NCBI RefSeq assembly: GCF_009914755.1
Contig: NC_060938.1
Reading direction: 5' to 3' (one strand)
Length of the DNA: 64,000 nt
DNA from: the human T2T-CHM13v2.0 reference genome, Homo sapiens
In this document: one piece after another, positions 34,917 to 47,621 of the stretch
Position numbering within the stretch: position 1 is the stretch's first letter
How the letters are laid out: each line of letters opens with the position of its first letter
Made by a program: the position numbers and the translations under genes
Notes under the pieces: generated by a model
What the model saw: only the letters and a program-made list of their open reading frames with translations
Database searches by the model: none
What the model was told of the DNA's origin: nothing

Positions 34917-36114
34917 TGATCATGTGACACATCATAACTTCTTGGCCAATGACAGACTGTGTATACCATGGTGGTCCCATAAGATTATATCGCTGACAAA
35001 TTCCTATCACCTAGTGATGTCCTAGTCATTACAACACTGTAGCACAATCCATTACTCATGTTTTTGTAGTGAAACTAGTGTGAATAAACCTACTGCACTT
35101 CCAGTTGTATAAAAGTATAGTAATACAATTACGTACGGTACATAACACTTGATAGTGATAACAAACAACTATGTTACTGGTCTACATATTTACTATACTT
35201 TTCATCCTTACTTTAGCATGTACTCCTACTTATTAAAAAAAAAAGTTAACTGTAAAACAGCATTAGGTGTGTCCTTCAGGAAGTACAGGCATCGTTATCA
35301 TAGGAGATGACAGTTCCATGCCTGTTAATGGCCCTGAAGACCTTCCAATGGGACAAGATGTGGAGGTGGAAGACAGTGATATTGATGATCCTGACCCTGT
35401 GTAGGCGTAGGCTAATGTGTATGTTTGTCTTAGTTTTTAACAAAAACGTTTAAAAAGTTAAAAAAAAATTTAAAAATAGAAAACAGCTTATAGAATAAGG
35501 ATAATATATAAAGAAAATATTTTTGTATAGCTCTACAATGTGTTTGTATTTTAAGCTAAGTGTTACTACAAAATAGTTGAAAAGCTAAAACATAAAAGTT
35601 TATAAACTAAAAAAGTTACCATAAACGAAGGTTAATTTACTATTGAAAAAAAATTTTGAAAATAAATTTAGTGCAGCCTAAGTGTACTTGTTTATAAAAG
35701 TTTACAGTGGTGTACAGCAATGTCCCAGGCCTTCACATTCACTCAGCACTAACCACTCACTCACAGACTCACCCACAGCAACTTCCAGTCCTGCAAGTTC
35801 CATTCATGGGAAGTGCCCTAGACAAGCGTACCATTTAAAAATCTTTTATACCATATTTTTATGTGCTTTTTCTATGTTTAGATAGGTTTAGATATACACA
35901 TAATTACCACTGTGTTACAGCTGAGTACGGTATTCAATACAATAACAAGCTGTAGAAGTTTGTAGCCTAGTAGCAATAGGCTATAACATATAGCCGAGGT
36001 ATAGGCTACACTAGCTAGGTTCGTGTAAGTACACTCTATATTTGCACAACGATAAAATTAACTAGTGATGCATTTCTCAGAATGCATCCCCATTGTTAAG
36101 TGACACATGACTGT
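34917..36114. mobile_element. Tigger3b-like DNA transposon
   Basis: ggtggtcccataagattat near left end; cattgttaagtgacacatgactg TIR-like right end; ~1.2 kb. Confidence 0.8.
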
Positions 36115-36425
36115 CCCTCAGTATCACTGGAGGACTGGGTCCAGGACCTGGCCTGGTGGTACCAAAATCCATGAGTGCTCAAGTTGTTTAGATAAAATGA
36201 CGTAGTACTTGCATATAACCTACGCAATCCTCCTGTTTTACATCATCCCTAGACTACTTCTAATACCTAATATAATGGAAATGCTATGTAAATAGTTACG
36301 CTACATTGTTCAGGGAATAATGACAAGAACAAAAAGTGTGGACATGTTCAGTACAGTTGCAACCACCCATTTTTTCCAAATATTTTCAAATATTTGGTTG
36401 AATCCATGGATACAGAGGGCTGACA
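36115..36425. mobile_element. MER2-like DNA transposon
   Basis: gtccctcagtatc...ccaggacc...ccaaaatccatgagtgctcaagt...ttggttgaatccatggatacagagggctgac. Confidence 0.75.
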
Positions 36426-36459
36426 TGTATGTAAGAATCCATGAATTCATAATGATGCT

Positions 36460-37310
36460 TGTGATATTGTGAAAAAAATATTTGATCTTCATCCGTTTCC
36501 AGAAACATAGCTCTTAAAATCCCTGAAATCTCTTGAGTGATAAGAATGTCTTCTGTATGATAATGAGAAAATTGGTGGCTGGAGGTTCCTAGATAGCCTT
36601 GGGATAGGACTTGGTTGCCAGGGAAACCAACCATTAGATTAGATTAGAGGGTTAGAATTTACAGTCCCATCCCCCAACCTCAGAAGGGCAGAGGAGCTAA
36701 AAGTTGAGCCAATAAATCAACGCGCAATGATTTAATCAATTATGCCTGCATAACAAAGCTTCCATAAAAACCCAAAATAGCTGAGTTCTGGGAGTTTCTG
36801 GAAAGCTGAGCACATGGAGATTCCTGGAAGGTGGGTGGCGTGATCAGATCAGAGTGGGCATGGAAGCTCTGCAGTCCTTCTCCCATACCTTGCCCTACAC
36901 CTCTCTTCCATCTGGCTTTTCGTCTCTATCCTTTGTAATATCCTTTATAATAAATGTAAATTTATATTTACATTTACCCATTTATCATGCTTCCCAGAGT
37001 CCTAAGTGCTAGCAAATTAATTGAACCCAAGAAGGGGGTTGTGGGAACCCTGATTTATAGCCAGTCTGTCAGAAGCACAGACAACCCGGGGCTTATGATT
37101 GGCATCTCAAGTAGCGGGGACTGGTCTTGTGAGACTGAGCCCTAAACTTGTGAGATCTAATGCTATCTCCAGGTAGTGTCAGAATTGAATTAAATCAGCA
37201 GACATCCTGCTGGTCTCTGATGGAGAATCCTCTGCAGAACTGATTGCTTACTTGGTATGTGGGGAAATACCCACAACATATCTGGTGTCAGAAGTGTTAA
37301 CTCAGTGAGA
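36460..37310 (+). mobile_element. MER21-like LTR
   Basis: tgtgatattgtg start; gctagcaaattaattgaacccaagaagggggttgtgggaacc motif. Confidence 0.7.
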
Positions 37311-38016
37311 AAGAGAAAGAAAAACACACCTTGGTTTGGTTTTTACTATATCCTTACAATGCTCAAATACAAAGCAAAACAAAACAAATACAAACAAACA
37401 AAAACATACTCATTAGTCTCTTTCAGAGATTGCTTGGGCACCAAATTTTCATTTCACAACAGTGCAAAGGAAATAAGAATTTATCTAGCTTTCTCTGGAT
37501 GAGACTATATTTCAGGGTAATCAAAGACTTGATGAGAGAAAATTCTTTATAAAAGAATCCCAGGTAACAAATGCAGGAGGAATGGTAGAATTAGAAAGTC
37601 ACCATTTTGCAACCCCTAATAATTAAAAGATCCAGGCAACAAACATAAATGGTTGCCAAAACCCCTAGGCAAAAGATTAATGAGGAACTTTAGAATGGTG
37701 AGATCAGGGTGATACCACCTGACCTCGCTAATTAATCTTAACATCAGTAAAAGTGGAAAAATCAGACACTACATGTCTCTCAATGTAAAGCAACAGAAAG
37801 TACACACCACCACCTACCTATGAAATACTCTCAATAAAAAGACAGAACCAAATCTACCCATGTCTCTAGAACTAACTCCCAGTTTATAGAATAAACAGCA
37901 GATAATGGAACAAGCTCAATGACATTACAAGTTCATGACCAGCAAGATCCAAAACGTGGGAAACTGTATAGCACAAAGGATACTGCATATTTCTTTAGCA
38001 AATAAAATGACACTTA

Positions 38017-38355
<339 letters not shown>

Positions 38356-38706
38356 TTAAGAGAAACCTAGGTCTTAGCTTAGAAATGAATTCAAACAAAT
38401 AAATTGTAAACAGACACTTGAAGCAACTAGAAAAATTAAACAGTCTGGGTATTAGGTAATAAAGGAGTAATGGCTAATTCTGTGATTTTGCTGAAAAGAA
38501 CATTCTTACTAGAGAGAGACACAGAGATGTAAAAGCACATGCGGAATTTGCCTTAAAATATTCTAGGAAAGAAAAAAAGGGCAAATGTGTGTAGGGTAGT
38601 AAAGATGAAAAGACCAGCAGAATGTTGATGTTTATTGAAGCTGAGTGAGGGTTGGTAAGGGGTGTCATTTTACCCTCTACTTTTATGCATGTTTAAAAAT
38701 TTCCCA

Positions 38707-38878
38707 GGCTTGATGTAGTGTCTCATGCCTGTAATCCCAGCACTTTGGGAGGCCAAAGAGGGAGATCACCTGAGTTCAAGGCTGCAGTGAACTATGATCG
38801 TGCCACTGCACTCCAGCCTGAGTGACAGAGTGAGACCATGTCTCTAAAAATATAAAAACTAAAAAAAAAAAAAAAAAA
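38707..38878 (+). mobile_element. Monomer-length Alu (left-arm 5' joined to right-arm 3')
   Basis: gagatcacctgagttcaaggctgcagtga junction, poly-A. Confidence 0.8.
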
Positions 38879-40146
38879 TCCCTAATTAAAAAATGAAGAA
38901 TGAATTAAATTATATTTAGTAAAAATTTTAAAATGGTAATACACACTTGGGTGAGGTACAGGGAAAGAGGTATTTTCAGAGGAAGTAAACAGAATCACTT
39001 TTCTGAAGAACAATTTAACAATGTGTATCTACTGTCTTTTAAACTTTTACATCCAATTCAGCAAATTTACTTTAAGAATTCTAAGGAAATTTTCACAGAT
39101 AGGCACAAAGATACATCTAAAATGATCTCCCAGCAAAACATAAACGTTTTGGTTTATGGTACCATATATTTACAAATAAAATTTTTTATAGCCATTAACT
39201 ATCAAATTGAAAATAAGCTAAATGACATGGAAAAACATTCATGGTAAACTGTTAAGTGCAAAATGCAGGCTGCAACATAGAATACACATTTTGACCCAAT
39301 TTACTTTTCTTAAAACTACTGATACACCTAAAAAAATCCTGAGAGAATATTCTCCATGATGTGAGCAGCTGTTATTTCTAGTTGATGGGATTCAGGTACT
39401 TTTAATTTTTTAAAAATAGTTTTCTATTCATGAGAATGGTATATTTGTAGTAAAAAAAAATTCTATTTTTTTAAAAAGTTCAAATTTGGATCAGTTCCTG
39501 AGAGTGGTTAGTAATGGAATAATAAACAGATAAGGCAGTGATCATTGAAATAATAAATGACAGAAGGGCAACAAGACATGGTAGAATGCATACATTAATA
39601 ATTTTTAAAAGGATTAATATTTAGAAGACTATTGTGAAAAAGGTCAAGTTTTAAATTGAAAAGTAGAGGTTTCAAGATTGTGAAAGTTAGAATAGGATGG
39701 AAGTACACACAAGCGTCAGCTGAGGGATAAACACCTAAATCAAATTACCTAGGATGATCGACAAGGTTATTGTAGTAATAATCCTACCACAATCCTGAAA
39801 ATAACCATAGTGGCATGTTAGACAGTTCTTCCTGAGTTTCTGTTTTGTATGCTACCCTGACATATTATTTTTTTAAATTTCTCAGTGAGAAAGGTATTTA
39901 CATACTTGATTCCAAAAAGAAACGTCAGGATATTAATAAAAAGATAAATGCAATCTCATCTATTGAATTCAGCTTATGTAACTTGGGTCAAATCTGTTAA
40001 GTGAATAACTTTGGTATATTAAAATCTAGAAATTCTCTCCAAACTACACTCCATATATTATTTGTGGGTAATAATCAGTGAAGCCAGTCTTCTTCAGCCT
40101 CTTTATTCATTAGCTTAAAATTTTCAGTTGTCCCCTAAATAAATCA

Positions 40147-40500
<354 letters not shown>

Positions 40501-40876
40501 TCAGCTCCTTGAAGTGCCACACTCACTCATCTCTATAGGCTTTGGCATGTGTCCATCACGTGCCTTCCTTCATCACCTAACTTGTAGCCTTTTTGAATTT
40601 CAACTTAGATGTTACTTCCCCCAGAAGCCTTCCTTAATTCCCAAAGTCTGGGTTCGGTTTTCCTCCACATGCCCCCAACATACCTTATACTTCTACTTCC
40701 TGCTTTTATCTACATTCCCTCAAATCTAAAGATCAGAGCTCATAACTGACTGCAGGGTTGGGCTTGGTTAGTACTTGGAAGGGAGAGCTCAATCAACCAA
40801 TAAGTGCATTAGCTCACTGGATTTATTTTTGAGAACTGGAAAGTGGAAACAAATGACACAGGTTAAATCTTCAAAC

Positions 40877-40906
<30 letters not shown>
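40877..40906. repeat. (CA)n microsatellite in intron 2
   Basis: Directly visible, about 14 units. Confidence 0.97.
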
Positions 40907-40910
<4 letters not shown>

Positions 40911-41134
40911 CACATTCAAGTTGAAATGAAATATTTACTATTCCCTCTTGTAGGTCAGTAATTTTTTCTTCCTCCAGAAAAACTAGAACTAATACTAATA
41001 CCATCTGTCTTTTTCTGTCCTTTTTAATTCAACTGTTACTCAAAAGTTGCAGACCTCATATCCTTTCTAAGATACATAATTCATCCTTTTAAATCAGGCA
41101 GCAAATACTGGCCAATACACATTTTAGTACATAC

Positions 41135-41172
41135 CTTGGAATCTAAGGATTCATCCTGGCTGCCTTCTTCAT
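41135..41172 (-). CDS. SEL1L: SEL1L exon 2 (DEEGSQDESLDSK)
   Basis: 38 nt, acceptor ttgcag|AT, donor AAG|GTATGT, phase 1 to 0. Confidence 0.96.
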
Positions 41173-44161
41173 CTGCAAAGAAATTTTAAGACAATTTAGT
41201 AATCTTTCTTGTTGGGAAATTAGTTATTATTAAAAGAAAACATGTGAAAAGTATAGCAAATAATAATCAAACATTGGATAAATAAACATAGAATTATTTT
41301 AAAGTTAGCTATATTCAGCAATTGTTCAGAAAAGATCAAGTGAAAGGAAAAAAAAAATGGGTTGGGGGTTTAGTTTCTCTCTTTCTCCAGAAAAGACATT
41401 AGCTCCATCTGTTACAAAGGTAGGAAGACCAACAGCCTCCACCAACAAAAACAGGTATTTCTTCACATTCCATCCAATTCTTGTGGGTCTATTTAGTCTA
41501 TTTCTGAGAATGAGTTACTAAGTTCATAAAAATAAATCTCTAATTTCATACTCCGGGCTTCCACCTATTCTGTTTGTCTGCTCAGGATCTTGAGTTAGAG
41601 TAGCCCATTTTAGTGCTCATTAGTATTTGTATTGTTTACTACTATAGTAAGGATGGAAACTAAGAATTATTATTTGATAGCAGAGTTGCAAAACAATTAT
41701 ATTTAGGATTTGTGTTCTACTCTACTCAGAGATAACCAGATGCAGGTAAAAAGCAGCATGGTCCTATCATATATTCACTCAATTGAGAGCTATGTAGTAA
41801 GAAATCAATAACTTACATTAAACAATGAAAAACAGCCACCGGTTACACCTTGCTTACACATTCACACAGCCTGCTTTGGTGTTGTCTGATTACATTAATT
41901 TTCCTTCTGTTACTTTTTCCATGTTTTCTGACTATTACTTTTCTGGCTGCTTGTTACTCTTCTTCCTGCTCTTACATAAACACATGCAACAACTCAATGT
42001 TCAGATGGAAATGCTTGATTTTTGTATTCCTTGCCAGTTTAAAACAGCGAATCTGTCAGATCATCTTTAAGTTTCCCTCTTGCTCTTAAAATTACCTGAT
42101 TTTATTCAGGAGTGAGTTTCAGTTTTACCTGCTCCATAAGCTGTATGAGAAATTAACCAGTAGACAAAACCCTGTAAGACCATGTCATTTTTTACTAGAA
42201 AATTTGCTACTATAGTTGTCATTTATACTTTACTTCATATGGCTATATCCTAAATATCATTTGTAATTTGCAACTCTAAAATATAACAAAAAACCTGTGT
42301 TAGAGTTTGTTATCAAAGTACTGAGTTAAGACTAAGAAGTATAACCAACTCAATTATGCACAAAATACAAGACACTACCTCACAATATTTCTTTCAAATA
42401 TTTGAGGAAACTAGTCCATTAGTGAGGTTTTGCCATATATGAAAGTGCTGTCAAGTCAAAGAAAATTTAAATTACAGCTACTATTCATATTCACCTACTT
42501 TTAGATTACCTTCAAAGTATGTTTTACTTCTGGCAGGTGGAGAGAAGGGTATGCCACATATTAGTCCCACAGCGCCCATAACATTAGGCAATGATGTCAG
42601 TTAATTAACAATTGTCCTTCATGCTAACTTCTTCACAAGTATTACCCAAAGCCCAATTTCTAACATGTGGTTCAAATTCCATTCTCAGCAAATCTTTAGA
42701 TAAATTTAAAAAACCCATCTCTATAATATATCAAAGTTGTACTGTAAGTATATGTAATTAATCACAAACTTCAACTAGTTAATATATCAAAACAGATATT
42801 AAATGTTTAAACATATATGAAATACCCCCAAATACTGAATGAAACTTTAGATTAGCTGGAACTCTAAATCACTATCACTACATTGCTACATTTAGTACCT
42901 CACCACAACAGGTTACATAGGTAGCTAACAGGTGAATCATATGGACACATCTGTAAATACACTTAAAGACATGTACATTTCACACAGCACAAGCTGTTAG
43001 GCATTAGAGTAGCAAAACGTGTTTTCAAACTCCAAGAAACATGATTTGTAACATCAGAGTTATTTCATGTGAATTGCATCATGCTTCTCTTTCTCTCCCT
43101 CTCTCTTCGCAACCTGGACTATATGCTAATATTACTGGTGAATAAGATAATTCTCAGTTACTAAACTGGGAAAGCCTACTCCAGATGGTAGTCTCAAAGC
43201 ATAAGCTATTTTCTTTTTCAAACTGATATAAACATTCACACAACACTTTTTAAAGAGTTGTTTATAACCTAGGAACTTCTGATAAGTAGTATTCAGGTAA
43301 GGATTAAAGAGACTGAAGTTATGCATAAATAAAAAGCAAACAGTAATGTTTTCATCAGAACACAGATATCAAGCAACAAGAAAAAAATGCAAAAGGATTA
43401 AGTTATGCGCTTCTCGCTCATCAGCATCACATCCAAATGGTTCATATTATTTTATTAATTGTACACCTTCCTTTGAAAAGGACCAGTTTTTATTTTTATT
43501 GTATTAGCTAACAAAACTGCAAAGTACCAGAGATATGCTTTCAGGGAAAAGTGATCACTACAAAATCATTTTTCCATTCATCACGTAAATTAAACAGACT
43601 GATAACCTTTAAACACAGAAAGTCTAAATAGTTTGGTGAAAACAGACCAGATATCCTGTTCTCTGCTTTAGCTCTAAATTGGTACAGATCCTAAGATACT
43701 CTCGATTCTAAATTTCTTCAATTCTGAGACCTGGAGAGCTAGGTCTGGAACCTGGCTTCATCACATGTTAATTCTGACACATGGTTCAGTAACAAAAGCT
43801 TGCTCAGCCTCTGTTTCTCAATCTGTCAAAAGGGGTAACACCTCTGTCCCGCTGACTCACAATATTTTAAGGAACGACCAAAACAGTGAAATTAAACATC
43901 CTCTGCTGTCTGAAAACTACTCTCTGAATTTATAATTATTACCTGAAATACCTGGCAGTGGACCTAACTAAAATGACTAACACTGCTTGGCACAAAGAAA
44001 AAAAAAGGTTAAGCCATTTGCCTCTTCTGCCAAAAATAAGAAAGCATGCATTTGTGAGAAAAATTATAACCTTTTCACTATTATCCTGAGAAAATGAAGA
44101 AATATCTTTTTAGTGTCCTCCTTTAAATTTATTAATAGAAAAGAGAAAATGTTTCTAATAT

Positions 44162-44712
44162 TAGCCATGTGTCAATGACGAGGATATGTTCTGAAAAGTG
44201 TATCACTGGGCGATTTCCTTTTTGTATACTTAAACCTAAATGGGATAGCCTTCTACATACCTGGGCTACATAGTGTAGCCTGTTGTTCCTAAGCTACAAA
44301 TCTGTACAGCATGTGACTATACAGACTACTGTAGGCAACTGTAACATAACAGTAAGTATTTGTGTACATAAACATAGCTAAACATAGAAAAGCTACAGTG
44401 AAAATATGGTGTAAAAGATTACAAAACATATACCTGTCTAGGGCACTTACCATAAATGGAACTTGCAGGATTAAGAGTTGCTGTGGGTGAGTGAGTGAGT
44501 GAATGTGAAGCCTAGGATGTTACTATACACTATTGTAAACACTGTACACTTAAACTACACTAAATTTATTTTTTAAAAAGTGTGCTACCATGTTCCAATG
44601 GCTACAATGTCACTAGGTGACAGGAATTTTTCAGCTCCATTATATTCTTACAGGGCCACCATCTTACATGGGGTTCATTGTTGACCAAAATGTCATTATG
44701 TAGCATGTGACT
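44162..44712. mobile_element. Short Tigger3-derived element, opposite orientation to 34917-36114
   Basis: Reverse-complement similarity to the Tigger3 element; TIR-like ends agccatgtg / catgtgact. Confidence 0.75.
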
Positions 44713-44984
44713 ATATCATATTTTTACATGCTTCTAAAACATGATACTAGCTAACAGCTATCAACAGCAATAGAATCAAGATTCTCTTTGTTGGCTGACC
44801 ATACTCCACCTGGAGAGATGCGACCTGCCCTGGGTAACCACTAATGTTCAAACACAAAATTATAACCAAAAACTTGATTTTAATACTGGAGTAAAACTTT
44901 AAACTTTGAGGCCGAAACCCTGTGAATGAAAATCACAATTGAAAATCCATAGCTTAATTTACACAACTTTATTTAACACAGGGT

Positions 44985-45265
44985 TGTTTTTTTTTCTTTT
45001 TTTTTGAGACAGGGTCTCGCTCTATTGTCCAGGCTGGAGTGCAGTGGCATAATCACAGCTCAGTGCAGCCTCAACCTCCTGGGGCTCACTCCATCCTGCC
45101 ACCTCAGCCTCCCGAGTAGCTGGAACTACACGTGTGCACCATCACACCTGGAGTTACGTAGAGATGGGGTTTCGCCATGTTGCCCAGGTTGGTCTTGAAC
45201 TCCTGGGCTCAAGTGATCCTTCCACTTCAGCCTCCCAAAGTGCTGGGATTACAGGTATGAGCTGG
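44985..45265 (-). mobile_element. AluJ-type SINE
   Basis: Reverse-complement dimer with J-type diagnostics. Confidence 0.88.
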
Positions 45266-47108
45266 GCCCGCACAGGTGTTTTATGATATATGAACTTCAT
45301 GTGAGCACAGCACTGCCTTTATTACCTTTTAGCATGCACATCTACATTGTTTTAGTTCTGGCTAAGGCTTCTGCCTTTACCATTGAAATGTTGTGGCACA
45401 GCTTTAACTATGATGGAAATCAGAGCAGACATTTCTTGAATACAGTCCTCTACCTACATCAATACAACCCAAGGATTTAATATATCAGTGTTAAGTCTTT
45501 TATTACAACATCCTGAAAGCCCCAACTGTTGATCTTCAAATATCTTTTCCACTGGCATGGAGCTCTAAGTATATAAAATGCAGTCAAAGACAGACAGCAC
45601 AATTCCTATGCTTTAATTTTCTTTAAACTCTGCCAATTAAATTCAGAGGGATACACACCGTGCTCTTTCATTACTGTAGTTCTCTTTAGTGTGAAGAATC
45701 CCTCATGGAGATTGTTAATCTATGTATACCTGAGCTGTTCCAGACCTAAAACCCAATGTTTAACAAACCCATAAGAGGAATTCTGATGCAGGAGGTCCAT
45801 GGTCCAGCAGGTACTCTACTCATTAAGCTCAACAGCTTCATTTCATGCTTTTTGATCAAATATTAAATAACTGCTAAAAGTGCTTCGAGAGTTAAGTATA
45901 GTCTAAAGATCTGGTCATTAACTCAAACCATCACTACTACTGGAGGGAGGGGAGTGGACCTGAAAGAATGATGTTGGCAGTAAAGTAATTAGCATAGGGT
46001 TGGTGCTTTTGAAATGGTATCTCAAACCACATCATGGATAGAATTTAGGTTTAAGCCTCTTATTTTAGAAGCAGAATGACGTTATGGCATTGATTTACAA
46101 CTAGGACAGGTAATTTGGGGATTCAGATAACCATCTGGGAAATTTTCTGTTAAAAAAAAGCTGACATTTATTAAAAAAAGAAAAAGCTGACATTTATACT
46201 CCGTGTTGTCCCCCCAAAACGTCAAGCCACAGAACACCTGTCCTGTTAACTGAAACTGATTAAAATTCCAAAGTTTTACTGTACTAATTTTTATTTATCA
46301 ACACTTAGAAACACGAAGTTTTCATGAACACTCTCAAAATGGAAATTTTCAAATGTAGGCAGATTAAAACATTAAAAAAGGGGGAAAAAAGCAGAACCAG
46401 AATAAACATTAGCTAACTGGAAAATCAATTCAAAAGCACACAAATTTCTGTATCTATATAAAACGCATCTTATAAGAACCAAGATTTTCCCAAACATCAT
46501 AAAATGACTGTCAACAAACATGGGGCAACTCAGAAACACTGTGACAGGTCACCGCTTTCTCAGGAAGGTTTCAAAAAAGTAAAAAGTGGCTACGATGAGA
46601 TCAAAAGTCTTCGTTTTTAAACAGACAGACCAGGGACCATCTCAGGTGTTAAGCAAACTACTGTCAACATCCTGGTCTGGATGGATCCTCCTCTGCCCCA
46701 AAGTGACAGCTCCAGGTTTGTCAATTATTTAACTTACAATTCCCAAGCCCAGAGTTCTAGACCAGACCCTTCCTCTACCCCAGGGTCGAGGAAGCTCCAC
46801 TCGGGCTCCTGTATCAGGATTCATTCCTTTGGAGTCAATTCCGCGTTCGTGAGAAGAGTCGCGCAAAGTTTGTTACGTGGGAGAGAGGTGTGGGCAGGGT
46901 GACCGCCCCTTCTTTTTCCACCCCACTCCACCTTCCTAAATAGCCCCTTTGGCGCAGGCCAAGCAAAGCCAAAGAGCGAGTGACAGCCCAGTGCGAGATG
47001 TGCCCAGGGAGAACGGGGTCCCGAGCCTGGAGTCCCCACGGCCCCGCCGGCTGTAGAGGCTGGGGGGCGGAGGCTCTGGGCCTTCAGCCCGAGGGGGCGG
47101 ATACTGAC

Positions 47109-47178
47109 CCGAGGACGCCGAGGCCAAGCTCAGCAGCACCGCACACAGCAGCAGCGTCAGCCCTATCCGGACCCGCAT
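47109..47178 (-). CDS. SEL1L: SEL1L coding exon 1 (signal peptide MRVRIGLTLLLCAVLLSLASASS)
   Basis: ATG at 47178-47176, context AGGATGC; 70 nt; donor G|GTCAGT; matches SEL1L N-terminus. Confidence 0.97.
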
Positions 47179-47475
47179 CCTCCTCTCGGGGCCGGTGCCA
47201 ACCCCTAGAGCTGTCGCCTTCGCCTCTGCCACCACGGACTCAGCCACCACCGCCGCCTCGCCGCTGCTCTTCCTGCTCTAGTCTCCTTCCTCCGCCCCTT
47301 CCCAGGCTTCCCTGACCCAGCGCGCAGCCAATCCCCGCCCGCCGTCGCGGGCTTCTGGTCCAATCACCATGGTCTCCCCGCCCACCCCCATTGCTCCGCC
47401 CCGGGGGTCATTCATTGGCCAATCATTGTACGAAGCTCCCACACCAGCTTTCTCGGTTGGACCACGACTCACGGA

Positions 47476-47494
47476 CATGGCCCCAGCTAATTGG
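47476..47494 (-). promoter_or_regulatory. ERSE-like element CCAAT-N9-CCATG
   Basis: Minus strand reads CCAAT TAGCTGGGG CCATG, one mismatch from ERSE CCAAT-N9-CCACG; SEL1L is an established ATF6 target. Confidence 0.6.
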
Positions 47495-47559
47495 TAGCCC
47501 CTGGGTTCAACCGGAATCAGCGCGTGAGTCCAAGACTGGGAGAAAGAGGCTCATCCGAG

Positions 47560-47621
47560 ACTACAATTCCCAGAATGCGCTTCATGTGATTAACTCGGGG
47601 GGTGCTCTTGGGAAACGTAGT
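47560..47621. promoter_or_regulatory. Inverted pair of ZNF143/THAP11 (SBS/M4) motifs
   Basis: ACTACAATTCCCAGAATGC at 47560-47578 (+); ACTACGTTTCCCA at 47621-47609 (-). Confidence 0.8.

Noticed and set aside
46150-46197. Direct repeat aaaaagctgacatttat twice
   Set aside because: Small local duplication with no sign of function
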